NCBI GenBank assembly: GCA_053919585.1 | Contig: CM132799.1 | Strand: one strand, 5' to 3' | Length of the DNA stretch: 63,561 bases | Source: Euprymna scolopes | Lineage: Eukaryota | Shown here: positions 38,416 through 51,029 of the stretch, one piece after another | How positions within the stretch are numbered: position 1 is the stretch's first letter | How the letters are laid out: every line of letters starts with the position of its first letter | Position numbers and translations under genes: made by a program | The notes under the pieces: generated by a model | Database searches by the model: none | What the model saw: the letters and a program-made list of their open reading frames with translations, nothing else | What the model was told of the DNA's origin: nothing

Positions 38416-39165
38416 GTTTTTAAAGAGTTTCAGTTAGGTAAGGGGGCTGAACAAGCGGTTATGCAGAGTATTATACATGCAACAGTAGACAATCAACTGA
38501 TCTTTCTTCAACTAGGACTGTGGCCTCAGGAAAACCCATCGGGGATGAGTGCAGAATCCCTTTCCATGCGCGACATGGCACTACAAACATCCCGATATTA
38601 TACAACTGTTGATGGAGCAGCTGCTCTAAGCGCTACCAAAGAGTTAGGGCCCCTGTACTGCCAGTCGGAAACAGAAGCCAGGAACTGTCAATCCGGTACC
38701 CTAACCCTATCAGAAGAAGGTCAACCCAATGTAATTGCACAGGCATATGTGGTACTAAAGCACTCCCAAGTGCCCAGTTTTTAGGGGTGGGGTGCGTCGG
38801 GAGTGGGGAAAACGGCGTTCATTGCCCTAGACAAGAAACAAGATCTACCACTGAGTGTTTTTTTCGAATAACTGTAATAGCATCTCTGCGCCTGACTAAG
38901 AGGAAAAGAAGGAGTATGGACGCCGGGCGATAGACAGAGCCTATCTACTCCTTAAGCATTTAGGTTTGCAGACCGGTAATTTGTTTGAGTCACCAGCTCT
39001 AGGAAGGGTGTCATCCAAGACCGGAGAGGCCTTCCCCCCCTTTAGGTTTAGTTTAAGAGTTTTCCTTCTAGACGAATTATCTGGGAAGATTTACTGGGTC
39101 CATCAGCCCTGAGAGGGTTTGCTCCGCGCCTGGGTCCTAATCCAAGTATTTCTGCGATCTTGCAT
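38416..39165 (-). promoter_or_regulatory. Putative long structured 5' UTR of the LINE
   Basis: GC-elevated block of about 750 nt directly upstream of the endonuclease ATG, with no sense ORF1 in the ORF track. Contains stems such as AAGGAGTA (38909-38916) / TACTCCTT (38946-38953). Confidence 0.5.
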
Positions 39166-39979
39166 GGGTAGTTAATGTTACAGGGTTAGTTTCTAGAGGT
39201 TATATATCTAATGAATAGTTACACTCCTCAAAGAGATTTAGGGACATTGCTATTTCATTGTTACTTAATAAAAAAAAAACTCATGCAGTGTAAGTAACTA
39301 TGTGAGCAGGTTTGTTAGAAGGGCGTCAGTGTAGATTAAGACTTTACCTTTAGATTATTACATTTTTAAAATTTATATGTTAGCTTAGGTACAGGATAAC
39401 GTTAACGCGTGAGTAGGTATTAGGAATTGAGCTAAGATTTTTGCCCAGTCGCTGTACATTTTAGATTACAGGAGGGTTAAAATGTAGGTGCAGTACAGTA
39501 CGGGTATAACTGGAGGTAAATTTTAAGTCATGGCGTATTCTGTATGTATAATTAAGTAAATAGATATTTGGGCAAGTTTTCAGTAGAAGCGAAGTGATAG
39601 AAGTTGTAGGTGTTAAGTGTGTTTCTACTATTGAAGGAAGATAATTTCAGTTTTCATTTAAGAGTCATCGAGCGTTTTGCATAACAGGGAGTATCGGATT
39701 TGGTTTCGTATTAATCGTTGCAAAACCATCTAGGAAGAGGCAGTGTTATGTATGAAGATAGCTTTGCATCTGAGTACATACTTTGACTGGTAAGTACCAA
39801 ACTGGATAAGAATGAACTCTAGTACATGTCTTAGAGGTAGAAATGTATAGATGTTTAGTGATGACTGTTAGGCGGTTAGCATGTGAAGTTTAGGAGCTTG
39901 GTTAATGCACTTTGGTATAATAATTGAAGTAATTCAAAAAGTATCGCAAACAAAAAAAAACAAATAGACAACATCTCTT

Positions 39980-40040
<61 letters not shown>

Positions 40041-40084
40041 AACTTTAAAAGTTGACCCGCCTTATACACCGGAAGATATCAACT

Positions 40085-40445
40085 AATTTAGAGTTAGTTT
40101 AAGGTTAGAAAGAATGCTATGGTTAGGTTAGCGTTAGTTTTGTGATGGTTTAGAATTTATTTAGTGTCAAGCTCGCATTACTTTTGTTCGTTTAAGGTTC
40201 TTTTATGGCTAAATTAGCGTACGTTGAGAATTATATTAGTGTTAGTTAAGAATTAGCTGTGAGTTAGTTTACGATTACGTTATGGTTCATATAGGGGTAG
40301 GTTAAGCTTAATTTAGGATAAGGCGAGTGTTAGTAAAAGATTAGGTTAGAATAACATTAAGGCAAGGTTAGGGCTTGTTGAAGATAATGTTATTGCAAGT
40401 TAGGGCTTGTTTAGTTAGGGTTACGTTAGTTTTAGGTTAAGTTTA
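40085..40445 (+). repeat. Degenerate GGTTAG/TTAGG-rich tract
   Basis: Many imperfect GTTAG(G) units on one strand. Confidence 0.6.
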
Positions 40446-40833
40446 GCCTCGATGAAAAATGTTTGGTTTTGTTCGGTTTAAAGCGATACTAATACCGAAT
40501 ATAATTGAAAAAAATCGTCACTAAACTATCGTGTGCTCACGTCATTTCACGATACGTTTTGTTTTTTACGTGGAAACTCCTTTTTGAAAATGAATAATGA
40601 TCAAAAAGTGTAAAAAATGTATAAAAAAGTAAATCTAATCACTTTATATATTCTTTTTTGAAAACGTTTTTACGCTTTTTAAAATGTCAGGGGCTGCTCT
40701 ATTTCGAATCTTACACTTTTTGCCTTAGGAAAGTAATTATTAAAAACTCAATTAAAAAAAATAATCGTCTGTATTTTGTTTACCGCGTTTTGAACACTAG
40801 ATGGTAAATGTTAATTTGAAAAATGTAATTATC

Positions 40834-40891
<58 letters not shown>

Positions 40892-43089
40892 TAGAGAGGG
40901 GGGAGAGTCATCCACATACAGTATTGTTTCGTTGTATCACAACTTATCAGTACGACTAGACTAGCACCTTTCTTTAACCGAACACTGAACCTACAACCAT
41001 CGCGCTGATTTCTGGTTGTTTTATCCATATATAAATATTAATCCACTTTACAAATACAGCTACTTAGAATACTGTAAATGTTAATAAAAAGGCTAATAAA
41101 CATTTCATTCATAACATTGCTGCAACCACGAGACCTAGTATTTTTCAATCATTTATTTAGTAATTTTGATACACATTTATTTGATATTGAAAAAAAAAGG
41201 AATCAATTGGTCTTTTTACTTGCAATTTGTAAATCGAGCACATCTTGGTGGAAACAGAAATATTGAATTGCAAAAATATTTGAAAAGGAAATAAAATAAT
41301 TTTATGAAACCGAATTATTTGTTTTATTAAATTCGAATCAACCATTGCATTAAAACAGAATGACAAATAATATATAAGATATAAAATGCCATTTTCCAAA
41401 ATCAGCATGGAGATATGTTAATTCTGCGATTGATATCGCATATAAACTAAGCATACTATAAAAACAATGCGTTTAATTAACTTCCGTTGGTGCGATAAAT
41501 ATGTTATATTTTGCACATGTATTTATCAAAATATTACTTTCACTCTATGTATATTTTAATAAATTATTTATCCTACACTGAGTTTATGTTTGTGTTTAAA
41601 AATTGAATGCAAAAATAATATGAAACGAACAGTAAATACAACATAGGAAAGGGATAACATAAATCTTAATCTTAACTCGAATTGCAAATAGAAAAATATA
41701 TTAATGTTAGATTTAATCATAACCTTAACCCAAACATCCAATAAAAAAAGAAATTAGTGTTAGGGTTAATTCCGATCCTGACCCGAATAGCAAATACAAA
41801 AAGAAGTTAGGGTTAGGGTAAATCTTACCCTTAACCTTACCCCGCATAACAGATACGAAAGAAGTTACTCACTTTTTTGCATAGAGTTTCACAAGGAGAC
41901 TCATTTCATTACAACTGTCATCGTCATCCTTCCCGCCGCTGCCTGTACCGGCATACATTTTGAAAACAAACGCTCACAAGCACATGCAATTTTCTCAGAA
42001 GGGTGATGGTAAAAGAAAAAAAAAATAATGAAGATGCAACTCCGTTTCCTTGGAAATGTAGTCCAAATTATAGTTGTCACAAAGATGTTAGAACTAAGAG
42101 ATAAATATATTACTTTCACGTAATGAACTACTATCGTGTTTTAAATACAATCAGAGGTAATTAATGATCATGGCGTGTTCGTAGAACGAAGACGTTCATG
42201 TTATAAAGTCTATGATGTAACAGGTTGTTATGCAATTGTTTTGTGTATGTTTAAACCTGATTTAAAAAGTTACTGACATCAAACGATAAGAACGACTGTC
42301 CTTTCAGAAATCGTCGCTGCGATTGAAATGATTATAAAACAGTGAACTAGGAAAAAAAGAGATCAAACTTGCGAGTAGACATCACCTGTGCGAAGCGCGC
42401 GTAGATAATGCTCTTAGCTGCATATTACACGCTACAAATAACCTTTTAATTAGTGCGAATATGATTATTGTTTTTTTTTTCATTGTGGATGTTCTCAATT
42501 GTAAGCAAACGTCAACAATGATGCAGGCAGATTAAACAGTTTCGTTTAACCGTTATTTCTTAAAAAACCTCATTGCATCACGATTACAAGTGTCGTTCGT
42601 CGGGCAGTCGTGCGTCCGTTCGTAAGCGTGCTTAGTGAACAGACGTACCTGATTTTATATGCGTTCAATGATATTTCTATCAAGAAGTCAAAACATACCA
42701 AGGTCAAAAGATAAATTGAACATAAACGGTAATGAATTTGTCAGGTTTACGATGGTTAAAATTATACATAATTTAATTATTTAAAAAAGGCTACCCAAAA
42801 AAAACTTGTTTACATTGAACTTGAAAACGACTATACTGTAGCCAGCTGAGAAAAATCAGCGATATTGCTGGGTAGTTCATGGAAAGAAACACTGTCCATA
42901 GAAGCTCTGTTTAGTGTTAAGTGTGAAGAGAGAAAAAATGAAATCATTGGCATCATTAAAATATATAATTCCTCCGAAATAATTTCTTCTTTTGTCGACA
43001 ACAATGCTCGAATTCTCACTGGTTCTTGTTTTTTTTTGTTTTTGATAAAATCTAATTTTCCAATAGGAAAACTAAATCTTTAAGACTGT

Positions 43090-43360
43090 TTTTCATCTCC
43101 AGATCAAAAATAAAATACAAATCTGTTGCTAAGATTGCTAGAAAACTTATTTGAGCATTCTATCGCTCCAGAAAGCCTCTCATCCTTTACCAGAAAAAGA
43201 GCCAGATGCATCCTTAGATATTGTGTTGCTGTCATACCTCAGTAGGTGCTGTTGTCTGAACAGTAAACAAAAGCACTTCCACATCAAGTGAGAGATGTTC
43301 TCTCCTCGTCCATACAGCATATTTCATATAAAAGAGGTATCGCTAGCCTATCTATAAGAG
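43090..43360 (+). mobile_element. Decayed CR1-group LINE fragment
   Basis: TCTGTTGCTAAGATTGCTAGAAA and TTCTATCGCTCCAGAA match 14810-14862. Confidence 0.6.
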
Positions 43361-43567
43361 ATGTTTGCTTCAACCCAAACTTCTAACATCCCCGTAAAAC
43401 ATAAGGAACCGCAAGATTAGAATGCATTATTGTTTGATTATTTCTTACGTAAATGAAACAGTGAAATAACTTACTACTGAGCTTTATTCACGTATTGAGC
43501 ACTATTGAAGTAAATACTAAAAAATTGATTTGAATAAACTATAATATTTAATAAAATTTATAAGGAA

Positions 43568-43608
<41 letters not shown>

Positions 43609-43656
43609 TTATATATGGATATAAAATTCAGATATAATCAACGCGTGGTATAACAG

Positions 43657-43690
<34 letters not shown>

Positions 43691-43741
43691 TTAATTAGTT
43701 TTGTATAAAATTGATTAATTATATAGACATATGTTATATAT

Positions 43742-44020
43742 ATTGCGGTGCCACCGTTCAGTCTCCAAAAACAAAGGGTACCCTCTGTAGGGCAGCTGCG
43801 TATGTGATAGTGAGGCAATGGTTGTGCACTCCGAAACCATACCTCTCCTGAATCGGCAATGTTTGAGTCCAGGACGACTGGAAAAAATGCAAAGATAAGC
43901 AGTGCACATACACCACCTAGAAGTTCCAAATAGCCACTCATTTAATACTGACCAGATTCAACGTTGCTTAACTACAGTGATCCAGCAGAAACCGGTATGC
44001 CAACGTGATTGTGCCGTATA
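43742..44020 (-). mobile_element. 5S rRNA-derived SINE (SINE3-type), full-length diverged copy
   Basis: 5S-like head at about 43905-44020 (GTTAAGCAACG box A) followed by a body shared with 60714-60900 (GCTTATCT..GCATT..TTCCAGTC, TCAGGAGAGGTATGGTT, AGACTGAA). Confidence 0.8.
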
Positions 44021-44733
44021 GCTAGTTCGCATGTATTATAATTATTAATATTACTTAGATAAATATATTTAGAATTATTATAAATAATAAATTAATAAAA
44101 TATTAATAGAATATATTTTTAGTAGTGTATATCGAAATTAATACAATTTATTAATACAACTATTTAAAGTTTAACGAATTTAACTGAAAATTCAAAATGG
44201 CGTAATAAAAGTTAAATTGAAAAAAGATAAATTAAATTTTCTTCTTCCAATTTTCGGATCTTATAATCATACCCGAATACATTTTATTTTCTTTTAGTGG
44301 ATTGATAGTTACTATTTCTTTTTAATGACTTAAAGGCAAAATTGATTTATACAATAATTAAATGAACGATTTTGCGCTACGAAAGAATTGTAAATGTCAA
44401 CGTAATAAAAGGAATAAATTATAGGATGGTCAACATCACCAAATTTTAAATGTAGACTTTTGTCATTTCTTATATATATATATATATATAATATTTTACC
44501 ACTTATTTCCTTATTGGGAACATACTTATTATTTTTCCCTCAAATGTTCGGTTCATACTGATGCACATATTTACTTTCATACGGAACATCATCAGTGCTT
44601 AAAACCATATAACAAATAGTCATCTCTAATTTACAATAATTTTTCTCACACAGTCTGTGCATTTATATGCCACGCAAAAGCTACACACACATAAATATAT
44701 ATATATATAGAGAGATAGAGATAGATAGATAGC

Positions 44734-44789
<56 letters not shown>

Positions 44790-45229
44790 TCTACGTGTGT
44801 ATGTGATTCTGGTTAAGGTGATAGAAATGCTTATTAATTAGTTCATACGAATTGCATTTCTTTAAGAAGTTGATTGCCTTCCTGTCGTCTATTCTATACA
44901 GATATCTAAAAATCATGTGTTTAAAAGTTAATAAGAATGTTTGAGATGATTGATCCTGAAATATCTTATGAAAAAGAAAACCACAGGAAAATAATTCTTT
45001 GATAAGGAAATGCATCGCTATAAATACATAAATTACAGTTTTGATGATAAGCATGGTAGCAATATTTACTTATTTAGTTTGATGTTTTCGGCAAAATCGT
45101 ACGCCATACTTTCATTCTTTTTTTCTGTTTGGGTAGCGGAAAATTACGAAGCAAAAAGTAAAATGTCGAGGACAACCGAGATGTTCGATTATAATTAACT
45201 TCTATAAGGCACGTTTTCTTAAGCAAAAA

Positions 45230-45320
45230 CGTAGCAAGTTGTTTAGGATTACCCGACCTAGGGTTGAGCCATAGCCTCCTAGTCCATTAGAGACCATTCT
45301 AACCTTATGCCAAGTCTGAC
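45230..45320 (-). mobile_element. Decayed tRNA-derived SINE head
   Basis: TTGGCATAAGGTTAGAATG...GGCTCAACCCTAGGTCGGGTAAT: A-box and B-box-like motifs at tRNA spacing, with a Meta-domain-like continuation (recalled). Confidence 0.35.
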
Positions 45321-45905
45321 TATTTATAATGGCATAATGAAATATCATTATGTCATTAAACAAAATTAAGAGACAACTATCCTTATACCGATAGAAATAA
45401 ATCGTATAAAATCCCTAAACGTCTGAAAATGTTCCGTCCTGCCATTATTTTGTTTAATTTTATGCAATTATCGAGGCTTGATTATGGCTCAAATTTGACC
45501 AACATGAAGTTTTTCGTTCTATTTCGAAAGGTCTTACGCTACTTTTTTAAAATAAAATAAAAACATTTGGAAATAAGTTAAAACCCCCAAAACTTATTCA
45601 AGAAAGTAGAAGCGTAAGTTATCTGTCCTTTTGGTAATTTGCTGTGCATTTTTTTCATCTCGTTTCCTTGCTTTTTTAGCAATTCTGGAAAATCACTCAC
45701 TGATTTTTTAAGTTTGCAAATGTTAATTCATGAAATGTGAAGTCATACACACGAATACAGAACATAGCATAATAATGAGTTCACTGCAATAAGAAGGGTT
45801 CATAAAACATTTTAGCAAAGTCGATTCAATAGTTTCTGAGTAAAAGTAGAGCGGATAGACCAACAGATAAACAGACTAATATAATATAGATTATTAATCG
45901 CAACA

Positions 45906-45957
<52 letters not shown>

Positions 45958-46370
45958 GGATTAAAGATTAAAGATAGATTCTTTAATAGAGATTTATCAA
46001 AATATAAGAAGCTCATCATATGGGGACAAAAATAAATATATACAGCATTTTAGTGTACATGTAATTATTTTTCAGTTCAATAAGGAAATACCTATGGAAA
46101 GAGGGGTTATAAATGCTTTTATACCTTCGCATTTCGAAGCTAATGCTTCCCATCAAGAGAAAAGGGGATAATTCACAGATATGAGGAAATATGACATGTG
46201 TAACCATGCTATCTTCTCTTCTGATGAGATGCATTAGGCTTCGAAAAAACGACAAGTAAAAGAAACAGGCATATTCATAGGAAATGAGAATTCAAGGAAA
46301 GAGATCTTATGAGTACTTGGGAAAATACAAGCAAAATTTAATGCAATATATATATATATATATATGCGTG

Positions 46371-46421
<51 letters not shown>

Positions 46422-46424
<3 letters not shown>

Positions 46425-46985
46425 ATTACTGCATCTTTCCAGATGATCGCCGTCACATTGAGTTCTCCCAATCTTGTCATCCATGCCATCTCAGATGACT
46501 ATGCACTCCCGCCGCAAGTTTGGACATCTTGAAGCAGATGTGACATACAAATTAAACAATTTTAATCGCGTTGACTTCCTCTGGAGGTTGAGGGTACTCC
46601 TATGAACAGTCACATGTCTTCTCAAACCAGCAGTAGACTTGCTAGCTTTGCTGCATGTTAAACAGATTGTTTGGTTCGGACTAATAGATGCAAAGTTGAC
46701 CTGAACAGGAGTTTTGTGCGACTTAAAGTGGTTGATGTAGCCAGCTTTTGACAAAAGCACTCGTTCACAAGTGTCGCATTTCAAGCTCTGTGTGTCATGG
46801 TTAAGCCCATCAATTAAACCTTTGCGAAGCTCTCGCTTCAGATTACTGTGGGCCTGCTTTCTTTTTCTAGAGCATCACGACTTTCACGTACAAGCTTTCA
46901 CTACTTTGGCCTTTGCAGAATAAGTTCTTCCCATGTGTCAATGTCGATTTGTAAGACTTTCAAATTAGTCTTCGTAAAGTCCCAA
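46422..46985 (-). mobile_element. 3' end of an RTE (BovB-like) LINE with three C2H2 zinc fingers
   Basis: DFTKTNLKVLQIDIDTWEEL...KRELRK (RTE C-terminus), then CDTC-x12-HFKSH, CLTC-x12-HVTVH and, after a frameshift, CHIC-x12-HLRWH. Short 3' UTR runs into (TA)n. Confidence 0.8.
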
Positions 46986-47061
46986 TTATAAAAAATCTGA
47001 AAACGTTTAAATATTTAATTTTTAGTTATTTATTTCCATTCTGATTAATATATATATATGC

Positions 47062-47092
<31 letters not shown>

Positions 47093-47127
47093 TATAAATA
47101 TATATATATTTATACATATTATTATAT

Positions 47128-47182
47128 TAACCCTTATCCCTGAGTGGCTTCCGGGCCTTGATAAGTGGTGATCACTGTGTAA
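47128..47182 (+). mobile_element. Isolated LINE 3' tail
   Basis: TAACCCTTATCCCTGAGTGGCTTCCGGGCCTTGATAAGTGGTGATCACTGTGTAA is nearly identical to 15401-15455. Confidence 0.85.
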
Positions 47183-48390
47183 TATACATGTACATTTTTG
47201 CTTTATATATCTATTTATATTTTCCTTTATATAAAGTCTCAGTTTTTTGTTTATTTATTTTTAATATTTCTGTGCACAAATATGTGCGTATATATGTGCA
47301 TTGGTCCTGCTATGTTTGGTGATATGCATACAAATATTTATTACTTATAACTTACTAATAATATGCTTTCGCTGACATCTTTATTTAAACGTTTCTAAAC
47401 TTGCCATACTGACCACTCGCGTATTCCTTAAGCCTTTTAGTTCTTCTCCTTCTTTGTTTTTCTTTTTCTTTTCTTCTTTCTTTCTTCTTTATTTTCGCTG
47501 CCACTTACTTTTTCTTCTTATAGCATTATACCCTTGTTTTTTTGTGTAAGGAAATGTACACAGACAGACACTTTCACACACACACACACACACACATATT
47601 TATATGTATATTCGTCGAGTTTAAACACAAAAACTTACACCGTTTTTAGATCTGTTGTCATTTTTTAGAAAATCACTAATCATAATTATTTGAACATTAT
47701 AGAAATCGAATTAATTTTTTTTTTAATGAATTCTTGTTGTAAACACGTATTTGTCAATTTTAGTTTCGCAAATTAAAATTCCATTAAATGACGAAAAAGC
47801 CAACAAAAATATTGAATTATGCAAATTTTTCAATTGTGTTTTAATCCCAAATCATTAAATGGATATAATCGTCGATTTAAAGTAGATTATCTTTTGTTCA
47901 ACACATTCTAATTTCACATAAAAGATTAACGGTTGTTGCGATGAATTAATCCGAAGATTTAAAATCCTTAAAGCTGATAACCTTACACTCAGTTAATTAG
48001 GAGACTAAGATTTTTTAAGTTACGTGTGACCGAAAAAAATTCTTTATTGTCTCTCCTTTGTTATACAATCGATGTCATCTTTCGCCCAAGTGTTAGAAAG
48101 CAACGAAGAACGAGAAAACGAAATATAACAGAAGAAAAAGGAAATGTGTTTATCGGTATAATAATTGAAAAGAAGTTTTCACCGTGGTAGATAAAAGAAA
48201 GCTGGATGGGATTATAATTCAAGGTGTGACGGACATGAGATATATTAAGATGTTCCTTGGATCAGGTAAAAGTTTTAAAAGATAAAGATAAGCTGATATG
48301 AACTGACGAACTCGGCAGAAAAACAGTCTTAGACACTAGTGCTTAGGAAGTGTTCCCACGATGGTGTAACACACGCACCCAGTGTGCAAC

Positions 48391-48925
48391 TACGACATGA
48401 CTTCAATAAGTTTCTAGACTTTTTCGTATGGACACTGTTATTGATAGTACACGCATGAAACTCTAGTCACTTTTGAAGTAATCTCCTCCGGCTGCAATGC
48501 ACTTATTGTAACATTCCAACAGCTTCAATGACCCTTACAGCCTATTTCATTACCTTAACCGTCTCATAACGACAGTCTCTAAAGTTTTACTTTAGCTTAC
48601 GGAATAACCAAAAGTGACAGGTCTGGATTAAAGGGAGGGCTAGGAACCGTTTGGATGCCCAACTTTATAAATTGTTTGATCTTCTCTGAACACCCTTGGG
48701 ACAAACTTCGCACCAATCTTCCGCATCTTCAGTCTCTGGCCAATAGTTATATGTACAGTTTCCATAGTGACATCAAATACTGCAGTTATTGTTTCTATAG
48801 ACACACGATGACGGCCCTTATTCACGAAATTCTTTATTAGGTCAATAAACTCTGACTTCCTTACTCCTTCCACGTCTCCTATCATCCCCCCACATACTCC
48901 CTGCCTTCCTTGAATCTCTTAGTTT
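48391..48925 (-). mobile_element. Internally deleted mariner (Tc1/mariner) transposon
   Basis: RFKEGR..DDRRRGRS HTH region; LKMRKIGAKFVPRVF (WVPHEL-type motif); C-terminal KCIAAGGDYF; TIR-like TACG..TTCAATAAGTTTC at 48391. Confidence 0.8.
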
Positions 48926-49140
48926 ATAAATAATGTAAAATTCTTAATTAAATATTTGAAATGTAACGTTTTCTTTCCATAATCCTTTAAGTTGCAGCAT
49001 TGGTAATCTTAGGTGGGAAGAGTTTAAAATCTTTCCTTAAAAAAGTATTATTTTAAAAGATTTTCAAATGGTCCTAAAATTTTGATCGGGAATGTATTTC
49101 TTTCGGTATGCATTAATATCATTAATGTTTATAACAACAC

Positions 49141-49189
<49 letters not shown>

Positions 49190-49894
49190 TTTTCCGTCCC
49201 AATGTTAAGACTATGGCTTTCAATATTAATGATGATAAAACAGACTGAAAACAATAATCAATGGAAATGAAAATCCTTCTGAACAGGAATTAAAATTTCC
49301 TTGTAAACGTAATTTTAATCGTATTAACTGCCAACTTCAACAAAATTTTCGAAGACAAGATTCCTAATGTGAGTCTGTTTCTAAGTAATGACGTCATTAA
49401 AACAAAATGGAAGAAAAACAAATCAGATGCATTTTTTTTTATTAAAACCGAATAAAATCGTAGAATCATGCATTTTGTAAAAACATATTTTGTAAACCGA
49501 ATGGCAAATGGCTGCTAAACGGAGTTCGAAGTGTTGGAGGTTTTCTAGCATCAGTTTCAGATGCCATGTTGCTGTTTCTTCGCAGGAATCAGATTTAGTT
49601 TCTGGGATGATGCTTAATGGTACAAAATAGAGCTTCACAGTCATCTGAAGATGATCTAAAATTGGAGGCAAGCAAAACCTTGCAAGATGCACCATGCCAG
49701 ATGGTTAACACGGCCAAACAAAATACTAAAACTTCATATGTCTCATCAGCACGCAACTAGAAAATCTTCTATTGATAAAGTACATTGTTTAAGTATATGC
49801 ACCATCATGGTTTCATATCAAACATAATCATTCATAAAAATTACACTAATTTGTTTTTGTACTATAAAGCCAGTTAATGACCCTGATTTATCAT

Positions 49895-50985
49895 AATTAT
49901 TTTACTCACTAGAAGTAGTCACATAAGCTATCTTCAAAGATTAAAACATTTTGTGATGCTCCCTGGAGTCTGAGTGACAATAAGTATCCCAAAATTTCCA
50001 GTACTCTCCATCATTCTCGATACCTTTGCAAATGAATTTGCGTTATCGCTACAACTGCTTACCATTAATTTCTCGTTGGCAGCGACTATTGGCTTTCATT
50101 GGAATATAGGTGGCAATTAACCGTGTCAGCCCTCATTGCACTCATCCAGTGGAGATACCCACACTCAAAAACGAGGGTCGGGCAGGAGTGCAAGGGGTTT
50201 TACTTACAATTATCCTTGGCAGTTTTCATGATTTCAATGTGATGTTTTTGTATGTNNNNNNNNNNNNNNNNNNNNNNNNNNNNNNNNNNNNNNNNNNNNN
50301 NNNNNNNNNNNNNNNNNNNNNNNNNNNNNNNNNNNNNNNNNNNNNNNNNNNNNNNNNNNNNNNNNNNNNNNNNNNNNNNNNNNNNNNNNNNNNNNNNNNN
50401 NNNNNNNNNNNNNNNNNNNNNNNNNNNNNNNNNNNNNNNNNNNNNNNNNNNNNNNNNNNNNNNNNNNNNNNNNNNNNNNNNNNNNNNNNNNNNNNNNNNN
50501 TTTCACACAAGTCAGCAAACGATCTTATTAGAGACCTGTGGTGTTCTCTGGAAGCTGAATGACAACAAGTCTTCCCAGATATTCAGCTCTCTTCTCCTCC
50601 TTCGATAGAATTTGAAAATAGATTTGCATCATCGCAACAGCCGCTTACCATTGATTTCTCGCTGGCAGTGGCCATTGGTTTATATTGGAATTTGAGTGGC
50701 ACTAAGCCTCCCCAAGATCCCAGTTCTCTTCGCACGTCCAGCGGAGGTCTGGCCAATGCTCCCTCCTCGGTCTTTTCATCCTCTTTGACCCTTCTCGGCT
50801 CTTTGGTATCACTTTTTGGGGGGAACGGTGGTGAAATAATGGAGATCTGCATGATGGGGGGTGTAGAACATGTAGATCTGCAGCTTCAGAGTTCTTCATT
50901 CTCTGTAACGCTTCTTCGTTATATTGTGTTGTGTTATTCTTCGCATTCAACGGTTTTCCTTAATATTTCAGCCGTTTTTCTTATC
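49895..50985 (-). mobile_element. Tandem 3' ends of R4/Dong-like LINEs next to (TAA)n
   Basis: 49950-50105 and 50535-50690 are direct homologues. The minus-strand motif GTCACTCAGACTCCAG recurs in variants three times. KTAEILRK (RLE C-terminal type) starts right after the (TAA)n at 50985. Confidence 0.45.

Positions 50986-51029
<44 letters not shown>

Noticed and set aside
38700-38715. CTGATAGGGT (minus strand) resembling HCV-type IRES domain IIIe
   Set aside because: Only a 10-nt match, about 290 nt from the start codon, and no supporting pseudoknot could be seen.
38461-38784. 107-aa antisense ORF in the LINE leader
   Set aside because: No motif; expected by chance in a GC-richer block.
40085-40445. 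True telomere
   Set aside because: Highly degenerate and internal to the scaffold.
46491-46784. Host C2H2 zinc-finger gene exon
   Set aside because: Contiguous with RTE C-terminal motifs upstream and a retroposon-type tail downstream; frameshifted.
4576-48330. Other CTGANGA / TCNTCAG hits (for example 4576, 8214, 34660, 36566, 44588, 48303)
   Set aside because: They lack a correctly placed GAAA, pairable helices or a valid NUH triplet.
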